Origin: an uncultured Acidobacteriota bacterium
Lineage (GTDB): Bacteria; Acidobacteriota; Vicinamibacteria; Vicinamibacterales; 2-12-FULL-66-21
DNA: 64,000 nucleotides
Reading direction: 5' to 3'
Assembly (NCBI GenBank): GCA_963695655.1
Contig: CAVOHG010000001.1
Coordinates: 273,995 to 337,994, forward strand
The notes under the pieces were generated by a model, which had not been told where the DNA came from, searched no databases, and saw only the letters and a list, made by a program, of their open reading frames with translations. Below are positions 9,168 through 20,038 of this stretch, piece after piece. A program made the position numbers and the translations under genes. Positions within the stretch are counted from its first letter, which is position 1. Each line of letters begins with the position of its first letter.

Positions 9168-10220
9168 CTATTGGGGCGCCCGTTCGATCTCGATCGTCGC
9201 CGGGCCCGACAGACGTACGCTCACGACGGTTCCTGCCGGGAGAGTTGCAGCGTTCCGATCGCCAGCCATCACTGCAGCGGACCCGCCGCCGGCGCCGGCG
9301 GCGCCGCCGATGACGGCACCCTTGCCGCCGCCCAGGATCGCACCGAGGATCGCTCCACCGATCGCGGCTCCGCCGATCTTCCTCGCGCTCTCGTTCGACG
9401 GCGAATCACCTTCGCGGATGATCGTCTCGGTGCGCAGCGGCACCTGCCGACCATCTGCAAGAACGAGGGTGTGGAAGCGGACACCGAGGCGCGCCCGCTC
9501 TTTCATCTTGCCGCCACGCTCCACTACGGTGACAGAACCAAGCACTCGTGATCCGGCGGGCACTGCAACGCGCCCGTCCGAGGTCACGTCGCGCGTGACG
9601 CGCGCTTCGACGCGCTCCTCGATCTGCGTGCGCTCCGACGAGAGCGGCGTCTCCACCTGAAGGCCGAGCACCGAAGACGCCGGCAACACGACCTCGTCGA
9701 ACTGAACCTGTCTGGCGCGCGGCTCGCGAGGTTCGGAGGGACGTTCAGGCGCTGGTTCAGGAGCGGGGGCCGCTGCCTGCGCGTCCGCGGCGGGGCGATC
9801 GGAGGTGGCGTTCACCGGTGTCGCCGGGTGTGCCGCGGCAGGCGTCGGATCGGCGCGCGGCGCCGGTACAGGACGCGGCGGATCGGGCGTGCGGCTCGGT
9901 TCCGGTTTGGACACTTTGGACGGTGCGGCGGCGGGTGCCGCAGGCGTCGGCGTGTTCCGCTCCGCCGAAGGACCAGGACCGGGCGACGCAACATTCCGCT
10001 CCGCTGCGGGCGCTGTCGCCGGTTTCGCGGCGGTTGGGGGCGCCTTGTCGATCACCGCTTCCGTCTCGTTCACCGGTGTGGCAGTCGATGCAGGCGGAGC
10101 GGCATTCGTCACGGCAGGGGGCGGTACGTCCCCGTTCTGCCGCACAGCCAAGTACGCACCCCCCGCGGCCGCGGTGACACAACCGGTCGCGAGCAGCACG
10201 GCAAGAATCCTGGTATTCAT
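9168..10220 (-). CDS. hypothetical exported protein: lipobox-like signal, Pro/Ala-rich spacer, C-terminal domain with glycine zipper
   Basis: MNTRILAVLLATGC..., about 150 aa of P/A/T-rich low complexity, then an ordered domain ending GGAAIGGAILGAILGGGKGAVIGGAAGAGGG. ATG 10220 preferred over TTG 10223. No family recognised. Confidence 0.6.
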   Translation of the reverse strand: MNTRILAVLLATGCVTAAAGGAYLAVRQNGDVPPPAVTNAAPPASTATPVNETEAVIDKAPPTAAKPATAPAAERNVASPGPGPSAERNTPTPAAPAAAPSKVSKPEPSRTPDPPRPVPAPRADPTPAAAHPATPVNATSDRPAADAQAAAPAPEPAPERPSEPREPRARQVQFDEVVLPASSVLGLQVETPLSSERTQIEERVEARVTRDVTSDGRVAVPAGSRVLGSVTVVERGGKMKERARLGVRFHTLVLADGRQVPLRTETIIREGDSPSNESARKIGGAAIGGAILGAILGGGKGAVIGGAAGAGGGSAAVMAGDRNAATLPAGTVVSVRLSGPATIEIERAPQ

Positions 10221-10497
10221 CAACCTACTCCTGAAGCCCGGCTAGAGAGCAAGGCCTGTACCCCAGATATCGGCTCCAGGAGGGACGAAATCCAGCCAAA
10301 AACAGCAATTTGGTGGAACCCTGGCGGCGGGGCCATCGGGCGGGGACAGTCCTTGTCCTCGGGACAGGACCGACACCAGCCGGACTCGAGGAAGCTACCG
10401 AAAATCCACTCGCCGGCCAGGGCATCGCCGTTGCACTATAGCAATCAGGCTCAGGGCCGGCGACTCAGAACCGGCCAGCATCCCAGGGAGGTCGCGA

Positions 10498-11037
10498 ATG
10501 CGCCGCTTGCTAATCGTTTGTGCCGCCGTGGCGGTGTTGGCGCCCCTCAGGGCTGATGCGCTGACCGTTCGTGACGTCATCGAGCTGTCGCGAGCGGGGT
10601 TGGGGGAGGAGACGCTCCTCGCGCTGATCGAGGTGGATCCGTCGGTGTTCCCCATCGACACGGCAACGCTCAAATCCTTGAAGGCTGCAGGAGTAAGCGA
10701 GCGGGTGATCGTCGCGATGGTGCACAGTGCCCGTGTCCGACCGGAACTGCCATCCGACTTCGCTCCCGACGCGCAATTTCCCGCTCAGCCTGTAGCTCAG
10801 CCGGCCGAGCCGCAGGTGGTCGTAATCGATCACCACGATGCTGCACCGCAGGTCAGGGAAGTCCCGGTGGCGGTCCCGGTCTACATACCGGTCGAGCGCC
10901 ATCGGCGGGATCGCGATGGCGACGGCGATGGCCGAGCCCATCACGACGACGGCTCGAGAGGCCACGACAAAACGGCGGAGCCGGTGTACTGGGGCTTTGG
11001 CGGCAAGTTGCGGCCGGACGCCTGGCAGCCGAAGTAA
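10498..11037 (+). CDS. hypothetical secreted protein
   Basis: GGGAGG Shine-Dalgarno upstream of ATG 10498. Signal peptide MRRLLIVCAAVAVLAPLRADA. Asp/His/Arg-rich tail. No family recognised. Confidence 0.55.
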   Translation: MRRLLIVCAAVAVLAPLRADALTVRDVIELSRAGLGEETLLALIEVDPSVFPIDTATLKSLKAAGVSERVIVAMVHSARVRPELPSDFAPDAQFPAQPVAQPAEPQVVVIDHHDAAPQVREVPVAVPVYIPVERHRRDRDGDGDGRAHHDDGSRGHDKTAEPVYWGFGGKLRPDAWQPK

Positions 11038-11040
11038 GCC

Positions 11041-12252
11041 TCACGCAGCGTTCGTCGACCCGGATCTTTCGCGCGCCTTCTTCTTGATCCCCGTCCCGAT
11101 CTTGATCGCCGCGGGCAGAAGCGCGGCAGCGCCGATCAGCAGCTCGCTCGGGCGGACCCCCGGCGCCTTCTTCGGCATCCCGCGATCCAGGTCGCAGTTC
11201 ACGTCGTCAGGGAACGGCGGAACATCGAGCTCCCCCTTGGCCTTGCGTTCCTCGTATTCGCGCTGCGCCGCGGGACCAATCTTTTTCTTTTCGCCAGGCA
11301 CTTTCTCCCCCGGGTTCTTCCCGTGGGGCGATGCGTGCTCGATCTCCGCATTCATCTCCGCTCCGACCAGGATGGCCAGCCCTGACAGGTAGAACCAGGT
11401 CAGTAGAACGATGAACGCGCCGAGTGTCCCGTAGGTCTCGTTGTAGTTGCCAAAAAACGAGATGTAGAGTTTGAACGCAAGTGACACGACAATCCACAGC
11501 ACCGTGGCGACGATCGATCCCGGCGTGATCCACGCCCAGTCCTGCTCGGCGTCAGGGGCGAAATAGTAGACGATGCCGATGGCCGTTGCGACGAGCGCAA
11601 ACACGACCGGCCACTGAAGCACCCACCACGTCCACGTGAAGGCTGCGCCCAGGTGCATCGTGTTCGCGAGATGCTCGGCGAACGTCGGCCCGGCGAGGAC
11701 GAGAGCCATCGACACGAGGACGAACATCGACATGCCGATCGTGAGCGCAAGCGCGGTCAGCCGGACCTTCCAGAGCGGTCTGCCTTCCGTAATTCCGTAG
11801 GCCGCGTTCAGGGTGGTGATGATTGACACCATTGCGCCTGACGTGCTCCAGAGCGTCAGCAGGAACGCGAAGGTCAGCGCGCCGCCATGATTGCTCTGGG
11901 AAATCTTCGTCATCTGGTCCGAGATGATTTTCAGCACGTCGCCGGGTGCGACGCGCCCCAGCATGGTGACGCTCTCGTCGACGAGGTTGGCAACCGGGAA
12001 GAAGCTGGCGATCGAGATGAGCGTCAGGATCGCGGGAAAGAGCGCGAAGAAAAAGTAGTACGCCTGCTGAGCCGCCAGGTCGAAGAGGTTGTCGGTGATG
12101 ACACCTTTGACCGTACGGCGCGCAAGCTCTTTCCAACTGAGCGGCAAATTGCGGATCGCCTGCATGCCCGACCGGAAAGCAAGCCAACTGCCAGCTGGAG
12201 CGGCAGCGGGATCTTCTGGAATGGCCGGGTCGGAGTGTGTCGTGACAGTCAT
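11041..12252 (-). CDS. YihY/BrkB-family inner-membrane protein
   Basis: 403 aa, about 6 TM. Region NLFDLAAQQAYYFFFALFPAILTLISIASFF is typical of the YihY/virulence factor BrkB family. Confidence 0.8.
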   Translation of the reverse strand: MTVTTHSDPAIPEDPAAAPAGSWLAFRSGMQAIRNLPLSWKELARRTVKGVITDNLFDLAAQQAYYFFFALFPAILTLISIASFFPVANLVDESVTMLGRVAPGDVLKIISDQMTKISQSNHGGALTFAFLLTLWSTSGAMVSIITTLNAAYGITEGRPLWKVRLTALALTIGMSMFVLVSMALVLAGPTFAEHLANTMHLGAAFTWTWWVLQWPVVFALVATAIGIVYYFAPDAEQDWAWITPGSIVATVLWIVVSLAFKLYISFFGNYNETYGTLGAFIVLLTWFYLSGLAILVGAEMNAEIEHASPHGKNPGEKVPGEKKKIGPAAQREYEERKAKGELDVPPFPDDVNCDLDRGMPKKAPGVRPSELLIGAAALLPAAIKIGTGIKKKARERSGSTNAA

Positions 12253-12314
12253 GTCTTTCGACCATGCAAGCGGCGCGCGCGGAGGTCGATGCCGTGAACC
12301 GCTATCATCAGCGG

Positions 12315-13410
12315 ATGGACTACGAGTGGGATGCCGTCGTCATTGGCGGCGGCATCATCGGCCTGGCGATCGGGCGAGAGCTCGCGCGGCGCGGCAAACG
12401 TACGGCGATCCTCGAGGAACGGACGATCGCGTCCGGTGCCACGCAGGCGTCCGCCGGCGTGCTCGCGCCGTACATCGAAGCGCCGGGGGAAGGCGCACTC
12501 CACGACCTCACCGTCCGGAGCCTGTCGTTGTACGACCGGTTCATCGCCGACCTTCAACAGGACGCCGGCACCGCCGTCGAGTACCGGCGCCAGGGAACTC
12601 TCGAAGTCGCCAGCTGTCCTGCCTCCGGCGAAAGGCTCAGAGCCGCCGCATCGACGCTTGCTGCCGCCGGCGTGGAGGCCGAATGGATTGAGGGTGCGCA
12701 GGCAGTGCGGCGTGAGCCTGCACTCGCGACCCCGGACGGGGCGCTCGTGGTGCGCGACGCATGGATACGTGAGGGTCTCGCAACTGACCGCTGCGCTCGA
12801 GGCAGCCGCGAGAAGACATGGTGCGACCGTTCTGGAGGGCCGGAAGGTGGCTGGTGTGGAGCCGCGTGCCGCCGGTGGCGTAACGCTCCGCGTCGAAGGG
12901 GAGTGCCATCACGCCAGCACCGTTGTCGTGTCGGCCGGCAGCTGGTCGACGCAGGTCGTCCCGGGCGCCGCGCCGGTGACCCCGATACGGGGCCAGCTGC
13001 TACAGCTTCAGTGGAACGGGGCGCCGATTACACGGGTGCTGTGGAGTGAGTTCTGCTACATCGTGCCCTGGGTCGATGGAACAATTCTCGTCGGCGCCAC
13101 GGTGGAGAATGCCGGCTTCGATCAGCGCACCACCGTTGCCGGCGTGCGTAGCTTGCTCGAGGCGGCGTGCCGGCTGATGCCACAGGCGGCCGAGGCCACG
13201 TTCGTCGCGGCGCGCGCGGGGCTGCGGCCGTCGACTGCGGACGGTGTGCCCCTCATTGGCCGTGCGCCGCTCGATCGCTCGATCGTTTACGCCACCGGCC
13301 ACTATCGTAACGGCGTCCTGCTGGCGCCGCTGACCGCGCAGATCGTTGCCGATCTCGTGATCGACGATCGGCACGATCCCGCTCTCGCGAAGACGGCTCC
13401 TGGCCGCTAA
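12315..13410 (+). pseudogene. FAD-dependent glycine/D-amino-acid oxidase (ThiO-like), one apparent +1 frameshift
   Basis: N-terminal DAVVIGGGIIGLAIGRELARRGKRTAILE in one frame up to about 12758. The DAO-family remainder (HGYVRVSQLTAALEAAARRHG...VTPIRGQLLQL...GHYRNGVLLAPLTA) is in the +1 frame to 13410. The junction near 12756-12762 needs removal of 1 nt. Confidence 0.7.
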
Positions 13411-13413
13411 TCG

Positions 13414-16400
13414 TCAGCGCGAGAACACTGCGGCCTGCGACAGCGCCGTCTGCTGCGCGGTCTGGAAATTGACCAACGAGAGCTGGTACTGGAGGCTCGC
13501 CTGCAGCTCGTTGTCTCGCGCGACCGCGAGATCGCGCTGCGCCTGGATCACCAGGAAGCTCGTAGACATTCCAACTTCGAAGCGCTTCTGTTCGGCGTCG
13601 AGACGCTGTTCGGCCAGCTCGCGGCCGAGTTGCGTGGTGTCGATCCGCTGGCGGTTCTGCTCGACCCGCAACGCCGCATCCCGCACCTCACGCACCGCGA
13701 CGAGCTCAACATCCCGCAGGCGGGCTTGCGCCTGGTCCCGTTCAATCCGGGTCCGTGCCAGGTTGGCCTCTTCCGCGCTCTTGCCCAGCGGATACGTCAT
13801 CGTCACGCCGACCGTCCAGGTCGGGAAGTCTGCCTGAAGCACCTGTTCGAGCACCGTGCTCCACGAGGTGTCCTCGCTCCCGACGATGGTTCCCGGAAAC
13901 CCGCCGGTGCGAAGGAGCCTCGATCCGCCAAGCCCGCTGGCGAGGTACGTTGCCTGCACCCGCACGTCCGGCAGCGTGCCGTTTTTCGCCAGCTTGATGT
14001 TCGTCTCCCCGATCGCGATCTGCGTCCGTGCTTCGACCACGTCGGGACGTTCCGCCAGTGCCCGACGGACCGCGGCGTCGAGATCCGGAGGCGTGCCGGG
14101 CGGCGGGACGACGTCCGCAGGTTCAAGCCGTGCGGTCCAGAAATCAGGGCGGTTCGGGTTGAACACCGTTGTCCGCAGGATATCCTCCGCCTGGAGTGCA
14201 TCCGTGCGCGCGACGATGAGATTCTCGCGCCGCTGAGCGACCTCCGCCCGCGCCGCCACGAGATCCAGCGGCGGCGACTGGCCGACGTCGACTCTGGCAC
14301 GGTTGGTTCGCTCGAGCTCCAGTGCAAGGTCGAGCGAGCGCTGCTGCACGCCGACCGACGCATGCGCAGAGACGAGGTTCCAGTACGCGGTTTCGGCCGC
14401 CGCTGCCGTCAGCGCGATCTGGCCCTGCAGCCGCAGATCCGCAATCGTTCGATTCTGCTCTGCGAGCTCGATCTGCCCCCTGACCGGGTCGGTGCGGAAA
14501 TTCCGCAGCAGCGGCTGAGAGAAGACCGCCTGGAGCGAGGACGTGAGCGACGGCGTAAAAGTCGAGAGCGGGTTTGTCGTCGTGGTCCTGGCGGAATCGA
14601 ACGAGACATCGTACGAGGCCCCGCCCCACGGCAGCAGCTGGTTGACCGCCGCTGAACCGGACCAGTAGGCGGTATTCACCGATGAATCGCCAGAGAACAG
14701 GTTCGACGAGGGACTCTGCTGGCTGTTTCGCAGCAGCGCCGTCGACAGGTTCGGCACGTAGGCGCTCCGGGCCTCCGCGACCCGTTCGGCGCTGATCGCG
14801 GGATCGAGCCGGTTTGCCGCGAGGCCGGCGTTGTTCTCGATCGCGAGCCGCACGGCTTCGTCGCGCGTCAGCCGCACCACGGCTCCGCCCTGCTGCGTCG
14901 CCGCAGTCACCTGCGCCTGCGCCCGGGCCTCCGGCGCGGAGAGCAGGACCGCGGCAAGAATCATGGACGCCGTCGCGGCTGCCGTCCGGGCCGTCCGCTT
15001 CCAGCGCCACAACCTCACCTTCGACAAGTCGTCGAAGAGCGAATACGCCACCGGCGTCGCGACGAGCGTCAGGATGAGCACGAGCGACTGGCCGCCGATG
15101 ATGACGAAGCCGATTGCCCGGTTGGTGGCCGCGCCCACGCCGCTCGACAGCACGAGCGGGATCATGCCGGCGACGAACGCGAACGTCGTCATCAGGATTG
15201 GCCGGAGTCGGTCGCGGCTGGCCTGCAGGATGGCGGCGTCGCGATCCATCCCGCGCTCCCGCAGCTGGATCGCGTGGTCGATCTGCAGAATCGAATTCTT
15301 CTTGACCACGCCAAAAAGCACCAGGAGCCCGAGTGCCGAGAAGATATTCAGCGACTGCCGCGTGATGATGATCGACAGCAGCGCGAACGGCAGCGTCAGC
15401 GGAAGCGAGAGCAGGATCGTCACCGGGTGGAGCCAGGATTCGAACTGCGCCGCGAGGATCAGGTACATGAACACCAGCGACAGCGCGAATGCGAGCAGGA
15501 AGTTCTGCGCTGCCCGCGCGAGCTCACGCGATCGGCCAGCGAACCTGGTGCTGTAGCCCGGGCCCATCCCGAGCGACTCCGCCGCCTGGGTCATGGCTGA
15601 CATCGCGGGGGTCTGCGACACTCCGGACTGCAGGCCCGCGAACACCGTCACCTGCCGCTGACGATTCAGCCTGCTGATCTCGGATGGCGCCGTGCCGGGT
15701 GTGAACCTCGCGATATTGTCGAGGGGCACGCTCCCCAGCCGGCCCGACGGAACCGTCATCTGCCCGATCGCCTCGGCCGACTGCCGATCTCCCTCGACGG
15801 CGCGTACGTGCACCTCGTACTGCTCCCCGCCCTCGTTGTACGTCGTCACCTGATCGCCTCCCACCAACAGTCGCAGCGCCTCCGCCGCGTCGGACACCTG
15901 GATGCCGAGGTCCGCCGCCTTCATTCGATCCAGATTGACGGACAGTTCCGGTTTGCCGACGTTCAGCGACGTATCGACGTCGACGACACCGGGCTCCTTT
16001 TTCACCGCCTCGGCGATCGCGTTCGCGTACCGCTCGAGCGCCTTGAGATCGGGTCCGTTGATCGTGAACTGGATGTCCGCGTTCTGGTTGCCGCCGCCGC
16101 CAATCGTGGCGACCGGGCGAACGCCGGTACGGAGGTTTGTTGTCGCGATCTGCGGCAGCACGTTCTCGCGGACGTCGTTCATCACCTCGAACTGATCGCG
16201 CTTGCGCTCCTTGACGCCCTTGAGCCGGACATACACGGTCCCGAGGTTCTGGGTGCGTGCCGGATCGTCGCCGACGGAAACGAGCGTGTACTCCACCTCC
16301 CGCAGCTGCCGGATCCTGGTGGCGAGCCGATTCGCGATGATCTCGGTGGCCTCCAGGCTCGTGCCTTCTGGCGCCCGCAGCCCGACTTCGAATTCCGACT

Positions 16401-18090
16401 GGTCGTCATTCGGCAGGAAATTCTTGTTCGCGACCATGAACAGCGGCACGCTGCTGAGCAGCACGAGAACCGCGATCCCGGCGATCGCGAGCCGATGCGC
16501 CAGCGACCACTTGAGGATCGCCGTGTACCCGGCATCGAGCGGACGGAAGAACCGGGAATCCTTCGAGTCGTGCTCGGGAATCTCATGTCCGGTTGCGTCT
16601 TCCCGGCGCGGACGCATCTTGATCCAGCGCGCCGCGAGCATCGGCGTGAGGGTGAAGCTGACCAGCAGCGACACCAGGATCGCGAACGACATCGTGAACC
16701 CGAAGCTGGTCATGAAGCGGCCGACGATGCCGCCCATGAATCCAACCGGGACGAAGATCGCGATGAGCGACAGCGTCGTCGCCATGACCGCCAGCCCGAT
16801 TTCGCGCGTCGCCTCGACCGCCGCCTGCGCCGGTGGCCGGCCCTTCTCTTCGACGAACCGGTAGATGTTCTCGAGAACGACGATCGCATCGTCTATGACG
16901 ATGCCGACCGCGAGCGTGAGCGCCAGCATCGTCATCGAATTGAGCGTGAAGCCCTGGTACCAGATCAGGCCGAAGGTGGCGATGATCGAGGTCGGGATGG
17001 CGATGGCCGCGATGATCGTCGAACGCCAGTTCCAGAGGAACACCAGCACGACACCGGCGGCGAGGATGGATCCGAAGATCAGATGTTCGTCGACGCTCCG
17101 GATGGAGGCCTTGATGAACTCGGACATGTCGCGGACGACCCGGATGTCATACCCGGGCGGCACCAGCGGCTTCAGATCCGCGAGCTTCTCGTTCACCGCC
17201 TCGACGACCGCGACGGTGTTCGTACCCGACTGTCGCCGCACCGTCACGAGCACGGTCGGCTCGCCGTTGAGGCTCGCCTTGGTTTCGGCCTCGGCCATCG
17301 AATCTTCGACGGTGGCGACGTCGCGGAGCTGAACCGCGTGCCCGGCCTGCTGCCGGACGACGATGTTGCCGAACTCGGCGACGGACTGGACCCGTCCGCG
17401 CGTGCGGAGAGTCATTGCCGTCGCGCCCTGTTCGACCCGCCCGCCGGGAATCTCCGCGTTCTGCGACTGGAGCGCGCGTGAGACGTCGGTCACCGTCAGG
17501 TTGTAAGCGCGCAGCCGGGCGGCATCGAGCTGGATGTTGATTTGCCGTGAGCGGCCACCGGACACGACCACCTGACCCACGCCGTTGACGCTTTCGAGCT
17601 GCCGCCGCAGCGTCTTGTCCGCGTACTCGGTGATGTCGCGCACCGGCTTCCTCGCCGAAACCGCGAGCGTAAGGACCGGCGCCGCATCCGGATCGAACTT
17701 CTCGACCGTCGGCTGATCGATGGTCCTGGGGAGCAGCGGGAGCACCCGGTTCACCCGGTCGCGCACTTCCTGCGCCGCGATGTCGGCGTCCTTCTCGAGA
17801 AGGAACGAGATGATGACCTGCGAGACGCCTTCAGACGAACTCGATCGGAGCTCGTCGATCGCGCTGATGGTGTTGACCGCTTCCTCGATCTTGTCGGTGA
17901 TTTCGGTCTCGACCTCCTCGGGCGCCGCGCCGGGCAGCCGGGTCGTGACGACAACCGTCGGGAAGTCGACCTTGGGAAAACGATCGAGGCCGAGGCGCGT
18001 GAATGCGAACGCGCCGATGACGGTCAGCGACAGGATGAGGACGCTTGCAAAGACTGGACGTTTGACCGAAATCGCTGCGAGCCACTGCAT
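13414..18090 (-). CDS. RND (HAE1/AcrB-type) efflux permease continuing in frame into a TolC/OprM-type outer-membrane factor
   Basis: Single 1558-codon frame. Residues 1-1042 (18090-14965) are a complete 12-TM RND permease ([20 protein letters not shown]...[13 protein letters not shown]). From ATG 14964 (or GTG 15018) comes a signal-peptide-like [18 protein letters not shown] plus about 500 aa of OMF repeats (...[26 protein letters not shown]...). No stop at the junction. Confidence 0.8.
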   Translation of the reverse strand: MQWLAAISVKRPVFASVLILSLTVIGAFAFTRLGLDRFPKVDFPTVVVTTRLPGAAPEEVETEITDKIEEAVNTISAIDELRSSSSEGVSQVIISFLLEKDADIAAQEVRDRVNRVLPLLPRTIDQPTVEKFDPDAAPVLTLAVSARKPVRDITEYADKTLRRQLESVNGVGQVVVSGGRSRQINIQLDAARLRAYNLTVTDVSRALQSQNAEIPGGRVEQGATAMTLRTRGRVQSVAEFGNIVVRQQAGHAVQLRDVATVEDSMAEAETKASLNGEPTVLVTVRRQSGTNTVAVVEAVNEKLADLKPLVPPGYDIRVVRDMSEFIKASIRSVDEHLIFGSILAAGVVLVFLWNWRSTIIAAIAIPTSIIATFGLIWYQGFTLNSMTMLALTLAVGIVIDDAIVVLENIYRFVEEKGRPPAQAAVEATREIGLAVMATTLSLIAIFVPVGFMGGIVGRFMTSFGFTMSFAILVSLLVSFTLTPMLAARWIKMRPRREDATGHEIPEHDSKDSRFFRPLDAGYTAILKWSLAHRLAIAGIAVLVLLSSVPLFMVANKNFLPNDDQSEFEVGLRAPEGTSLEATEIIANRLATRIRQLREVEYTLVSVGDDPARTQNLGTVYVRLKGVKERKRDQFEVMNDVRENVLPQIATTNLRTGVRPVATIGGGGNQNADIQFTINGPDLKALERYANAIAEAVKKEPGVVDVDTSLNVGKPELSVNLDRMKAADLGIQVSDAAEALRLLVGGDQVTTYNEGGEQYEVHVRAVEGDRQSAEAIGQMTVPSGRLGSVPLDNIARFTPGTAPSEISRLNRQRQVTVFAGLQSGVSQTPAMSAMTQAAESLGMGPGYSTRFAGRSRELARAAQNFLLAFALSLVFMYLILAAQFESWLHPVTILLSLPLTLPFALLSIIITRQSLNIFSALGLLVLFGVVKKNSILQIDHAIQLRERGMDRDAAILQASRDRLRPILMTTFAFVAGMIPLVLSSGVGAATNRAIGFVIIGGQSLVLILTLVATPVAYSLFDDLSKVRLWRWKRTARTAAATASMILAAVLLSAPEARAQAQVTAATQQGGAVVRLTRDEAVRLAIENNAGLAANRLDPAISAERVAEARSAYVPNLSTALLRNSQQSPSSNLFSGDSSVNTAYWSGSAAVNQLLPWGGASYDVSFDSARTTTTNPLSTFTPSLTSSLQAVFSQPLLRNFRTDPVRGQIELAEQNRTIADLRLQGQIALTAAAAETAYWNLVSAHASVGVQQRSLDLALELERTNRARVDVGQSPPLDLVAARAEVAQRRENLIVARTDALQAEDILRTTVFNPNRPDFWTARLEPADVVPPPGTPPDLDAAVRRALAERPDVVEARTQIAIGETNIKLAKNGTLPDVRVQATYLASGLGGSRLLRTGGFPGTIVGSEDTSWSTVLEQVLQADFPTWTVGVTMTYPLGKSAEEANLARTRIERDQAQARLRDVELVAVREVRDAALRVEQNRQRIDTTQLGRELAEQRLDAEQKRFEVGMSTSFLVIQAQRDLAVARDNELQASLQYQLSLVNFQTAQQTALSQAAVFSR

Positions 18091-18110
18091 GGGAGAAGTC
18101 TCTTTATGAA

Positions 18111-18158
18111 AGTCTGAGTCCGATAGCTGATAGCTGATAGCTGATAGCTGATAGCTGT
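18111..18158. repeat. heptamer array AGTCTGA-GTCCGA-(TAGCTGA)x4-TAGCTGT between MFP stop and RND start
   Basis: Read directly. Fills most of the 68-nt gap between stop 18159-18161 and ATG 18090. The units TAGCTGA/AGTCTGA also occur in the 22.2-22.5 kb array. Confidence 0.85.
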
Positions 18159-19358
18159 TTAGCGCTTGCGCACTGCCGTGCCGTCCGCGATCCTGCCCTT
18201 CGGCTCGGCCGCGACGACGTCACCCGCGGCGACACCGCTCGTGATCTCGACCTGGTTCCCGACGGTTTCCCCGAGCGTGACGATCCGCTCCTCGGCCTTG
18301 TCGCCCTTGACGACGTAGACACGGCTGGTGCCCGCGACCGTCTCGACCGCTGAGGCCGGGACGAGGAGGGCGGGGGCGGACTGCGGCTGTTGAATCAATG
18401 CCGTCGCAAACAGTCCGGGCTTGAGACGTCCATCGGGGTTGCTGGCGAGCGCCTCCACCGTGAGTGCGCGCTGATCGGAACGCAGCGACGGCGAGACGTA
18501 ACGCACTGTCGCATTGAAGATCTCTCCCGGGTAGGCCTCGACTGCGACCCGAACCGGCTGACCGACCTTGATGAGCGAAACGGACTGTTCCGGGATCGTG
18601 AGCTCGATCCGCATGGGATCCACGCGCACGATGGTCGCGACACGGGCGCCGCGCGTGACGTAGTCGCCGACGCTGACCACCCGCTCCGCCACCTGGCCCG
18701 AGAAAGGCGCGCGGATGGAGGTGTCGGCCGCGGCCTTGCGCGCGAGCACGACCCGCGCTCTCGCCGCTTCGAGCGAGCGGTAGGACTGCTGCGCAACGTT
18801 CTGCGCCATCTGGTACTGCTGGCGCGCGGCGTCGACCTGCGTCTTGCGCTGGTCGTACTCGCTCTTCGAGACGACCTTCTGTTCGAGCAGCGAGCCGATG
18901 CGCGCGAACTCCGCCTCGGCGAGGTCCAGCGCCGCCTTCGCATTCAGCGCGTCAGGAACACGCGTCGGATCGAACGGCTGGCCTTCGGCGAGCCCGAGCC
19001 GTGCTTCGAGTTGTGCCGCATTGGCTTCGGCCTCGAGCAGCTGCGCCGACGTCTCCGCCGGCGAAATGCGGACGAGCATCGCCCCTTGCGCAACCCGCGA
19101 GCCGCGTTCGACCGGTGTCTCGATGACGCGGCCGGCGGCCTCGGCACTCACTTCGGCCTGCTCGTCCGCGAGCAGGGAGCCAGTTACGCGCAGATAACGA
19201 TCGATCGGCCGGCTTTCGACCGCCGCCGTGGCCACGGCAAGCGGCTCTGGCTTGGGCGCCGCGTTCACCGTGCTGGTATCGCCACCGCAGCCTGCCGCGG
19301 TCGCTGCGAGCGCGATCGCCGTGATACCTGCGAGGACAGAACGTCGCTGAGCTGTCAT
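18159..19358 (-). CDS. efflux RND periplasmic adaptor (MFP, HlyD/AcrA family) lipoprotein
   Basis: Lipoprotein signal [24 protein letters not shown], alpha-hairpin ([17 protein letters not shown]...), beta-barrel/MP domains. ATG 19358 preferred over the track GTG 19379. Confidence 0.85.
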   Translation of the reverse strand: MTAQRRSVLAGITAIALAATAAGCGGDTSTVNAAPKPEPLAVATAAVESRPIDRYLRVTGSLLADEQAEVSAEAAGRVIETPVERGSRVAQGAMLVRISPAETSAQLLEAEANAAQLEARLGLAEGQPFDPTRVPDALNAKAALDLAEAEFARIGSLLEQKVVSKSEYDQRKTQVDAARQQYQMAQNVAQQSYRSLEAARARVVLARKAAADTSIRAPFSGQVAERVVSVGDYVTRGARVATIVRVDPMRIELTIPEQSVSLIKVGQPVRVAVEAYPGEIFNATVRYVSPSLRSDQRALTVEALASNPDGRLKPGLFATALIQQPQSAPALLVPASAVETVAGTSRVYVVKGDKAEERIVTLGETVGNQVEITSGVAAGDVVAAEPKGRIADGTAVRKR

Positions 19359-19369
19359 GACTGCAAACC

Positions 19370-20032
19370 TCAACTGCACTTCTCAGGAAGAAACGTATGT
19401 GTGATGCCGACCCGCAGCCCGGTCAGTGCGGCTTCGAGCGTGTCGCGCGCGAGCGCGTCGGGATCCTCGCCGGGAGACAGGCGTTCACAGAGCCGCATCA
19501 CCGCGACGCCGTGGACGGCCGCCATCAGGATCCGGAAGACCGCGTCGCGGCTGGTGCCGGGCGGGAAACCGCCGGTATCGATCACCGTCTGGATACCCGT
19601 CGCCATCGTTTCCCGCATCTCGCGCACGAAACCAAAGCGGTTCCAGTCGCGGCTGATCTGAGGGACCGACCGGTCGACGAACATCAGGGCGAAATACTCC
19701 GGGTGTGTCTTGCTGAATTCGTAGAAGCGCTGGAATCCCGAGCGGATGCTGTCGAGCGAGGGCGGCTCCTTCACGAAATCCTGTTCGCAGGCAAACAGGA
19801 GCCGGAATCCCTCCTCGGCGAGCGCGAGGAAGATGTCGTCCTTGCTCGGAAAATAGCCGTAAATCGCTGCCGGGCTGTACTCGATCTTCTCGGCGATTTT
19901 CCGAATCGAGACGTTCTGGTACCCTTCCGCGACGAATAGTTCGCGCGCCGCGTCGAGGATGGCGCGGGCAACTGCCTCCCGCTCCCGCCCCTGCCTTTCC
20001 TTCACCCCCAAAAAAGCCCCCCCGCTGAACAC
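19370..20032 (-). CDS. TetR/AcrR-family transcriptional regulator
   Basis: TetR_N helix-turn-helix AILDAARELFVAEGYQNVSIRKIAEKIEYSPAAIYGYFPSKDDIF. First gene of the efflux operon. The start may be the internal GTG at 20005. Confidence 0.85.
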   Translation of the reverse strand: MFSGGAFLGVKERQGREREAVARAILDAARELFVAEGYQNVSIRKIAEKIEYSPAAIYGYFPSKDDIFLALAEEGFRLLFACEQDFVKEPPSLDSIRSGFQRFYEFSKTHPEYFALMFVDRSVPQISRDWNRFGFVREMRETMATGIQTVIDTGGFPPGTSRDAVFRILMAAVHGVAVMRLCERLSPGEDPDALARDTLEAALTGLRVGITHTFLPEKCS

Positions 20033-20038
20033 ACCAGG

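Noticed and set aside
10224-10497. Possible ncRNA or riboswitch in the long divergent intergenic region.
   Set aside because: Only one imperfect hairpin was seen, with no recognisable riboswitch core or terminator. The evidence is insufficient by eye.
15808-17481. Long ORFs antisense to recognised genes (e.g. 162-1076 +, 15808-17481 +, 35378-36415 +, 45179-47167 +, 52595-53863 -, 54990-56417 -).
   Set aside because: GC-rich DNA keeps mirror frames open. Their products are Arg/Pro/Gly/Ala-rich with no recognisable motif, whereas the opposite strand encodes clear family members (ArgJ, RND, MBL-rhodanese, TadG-like, CpaF).
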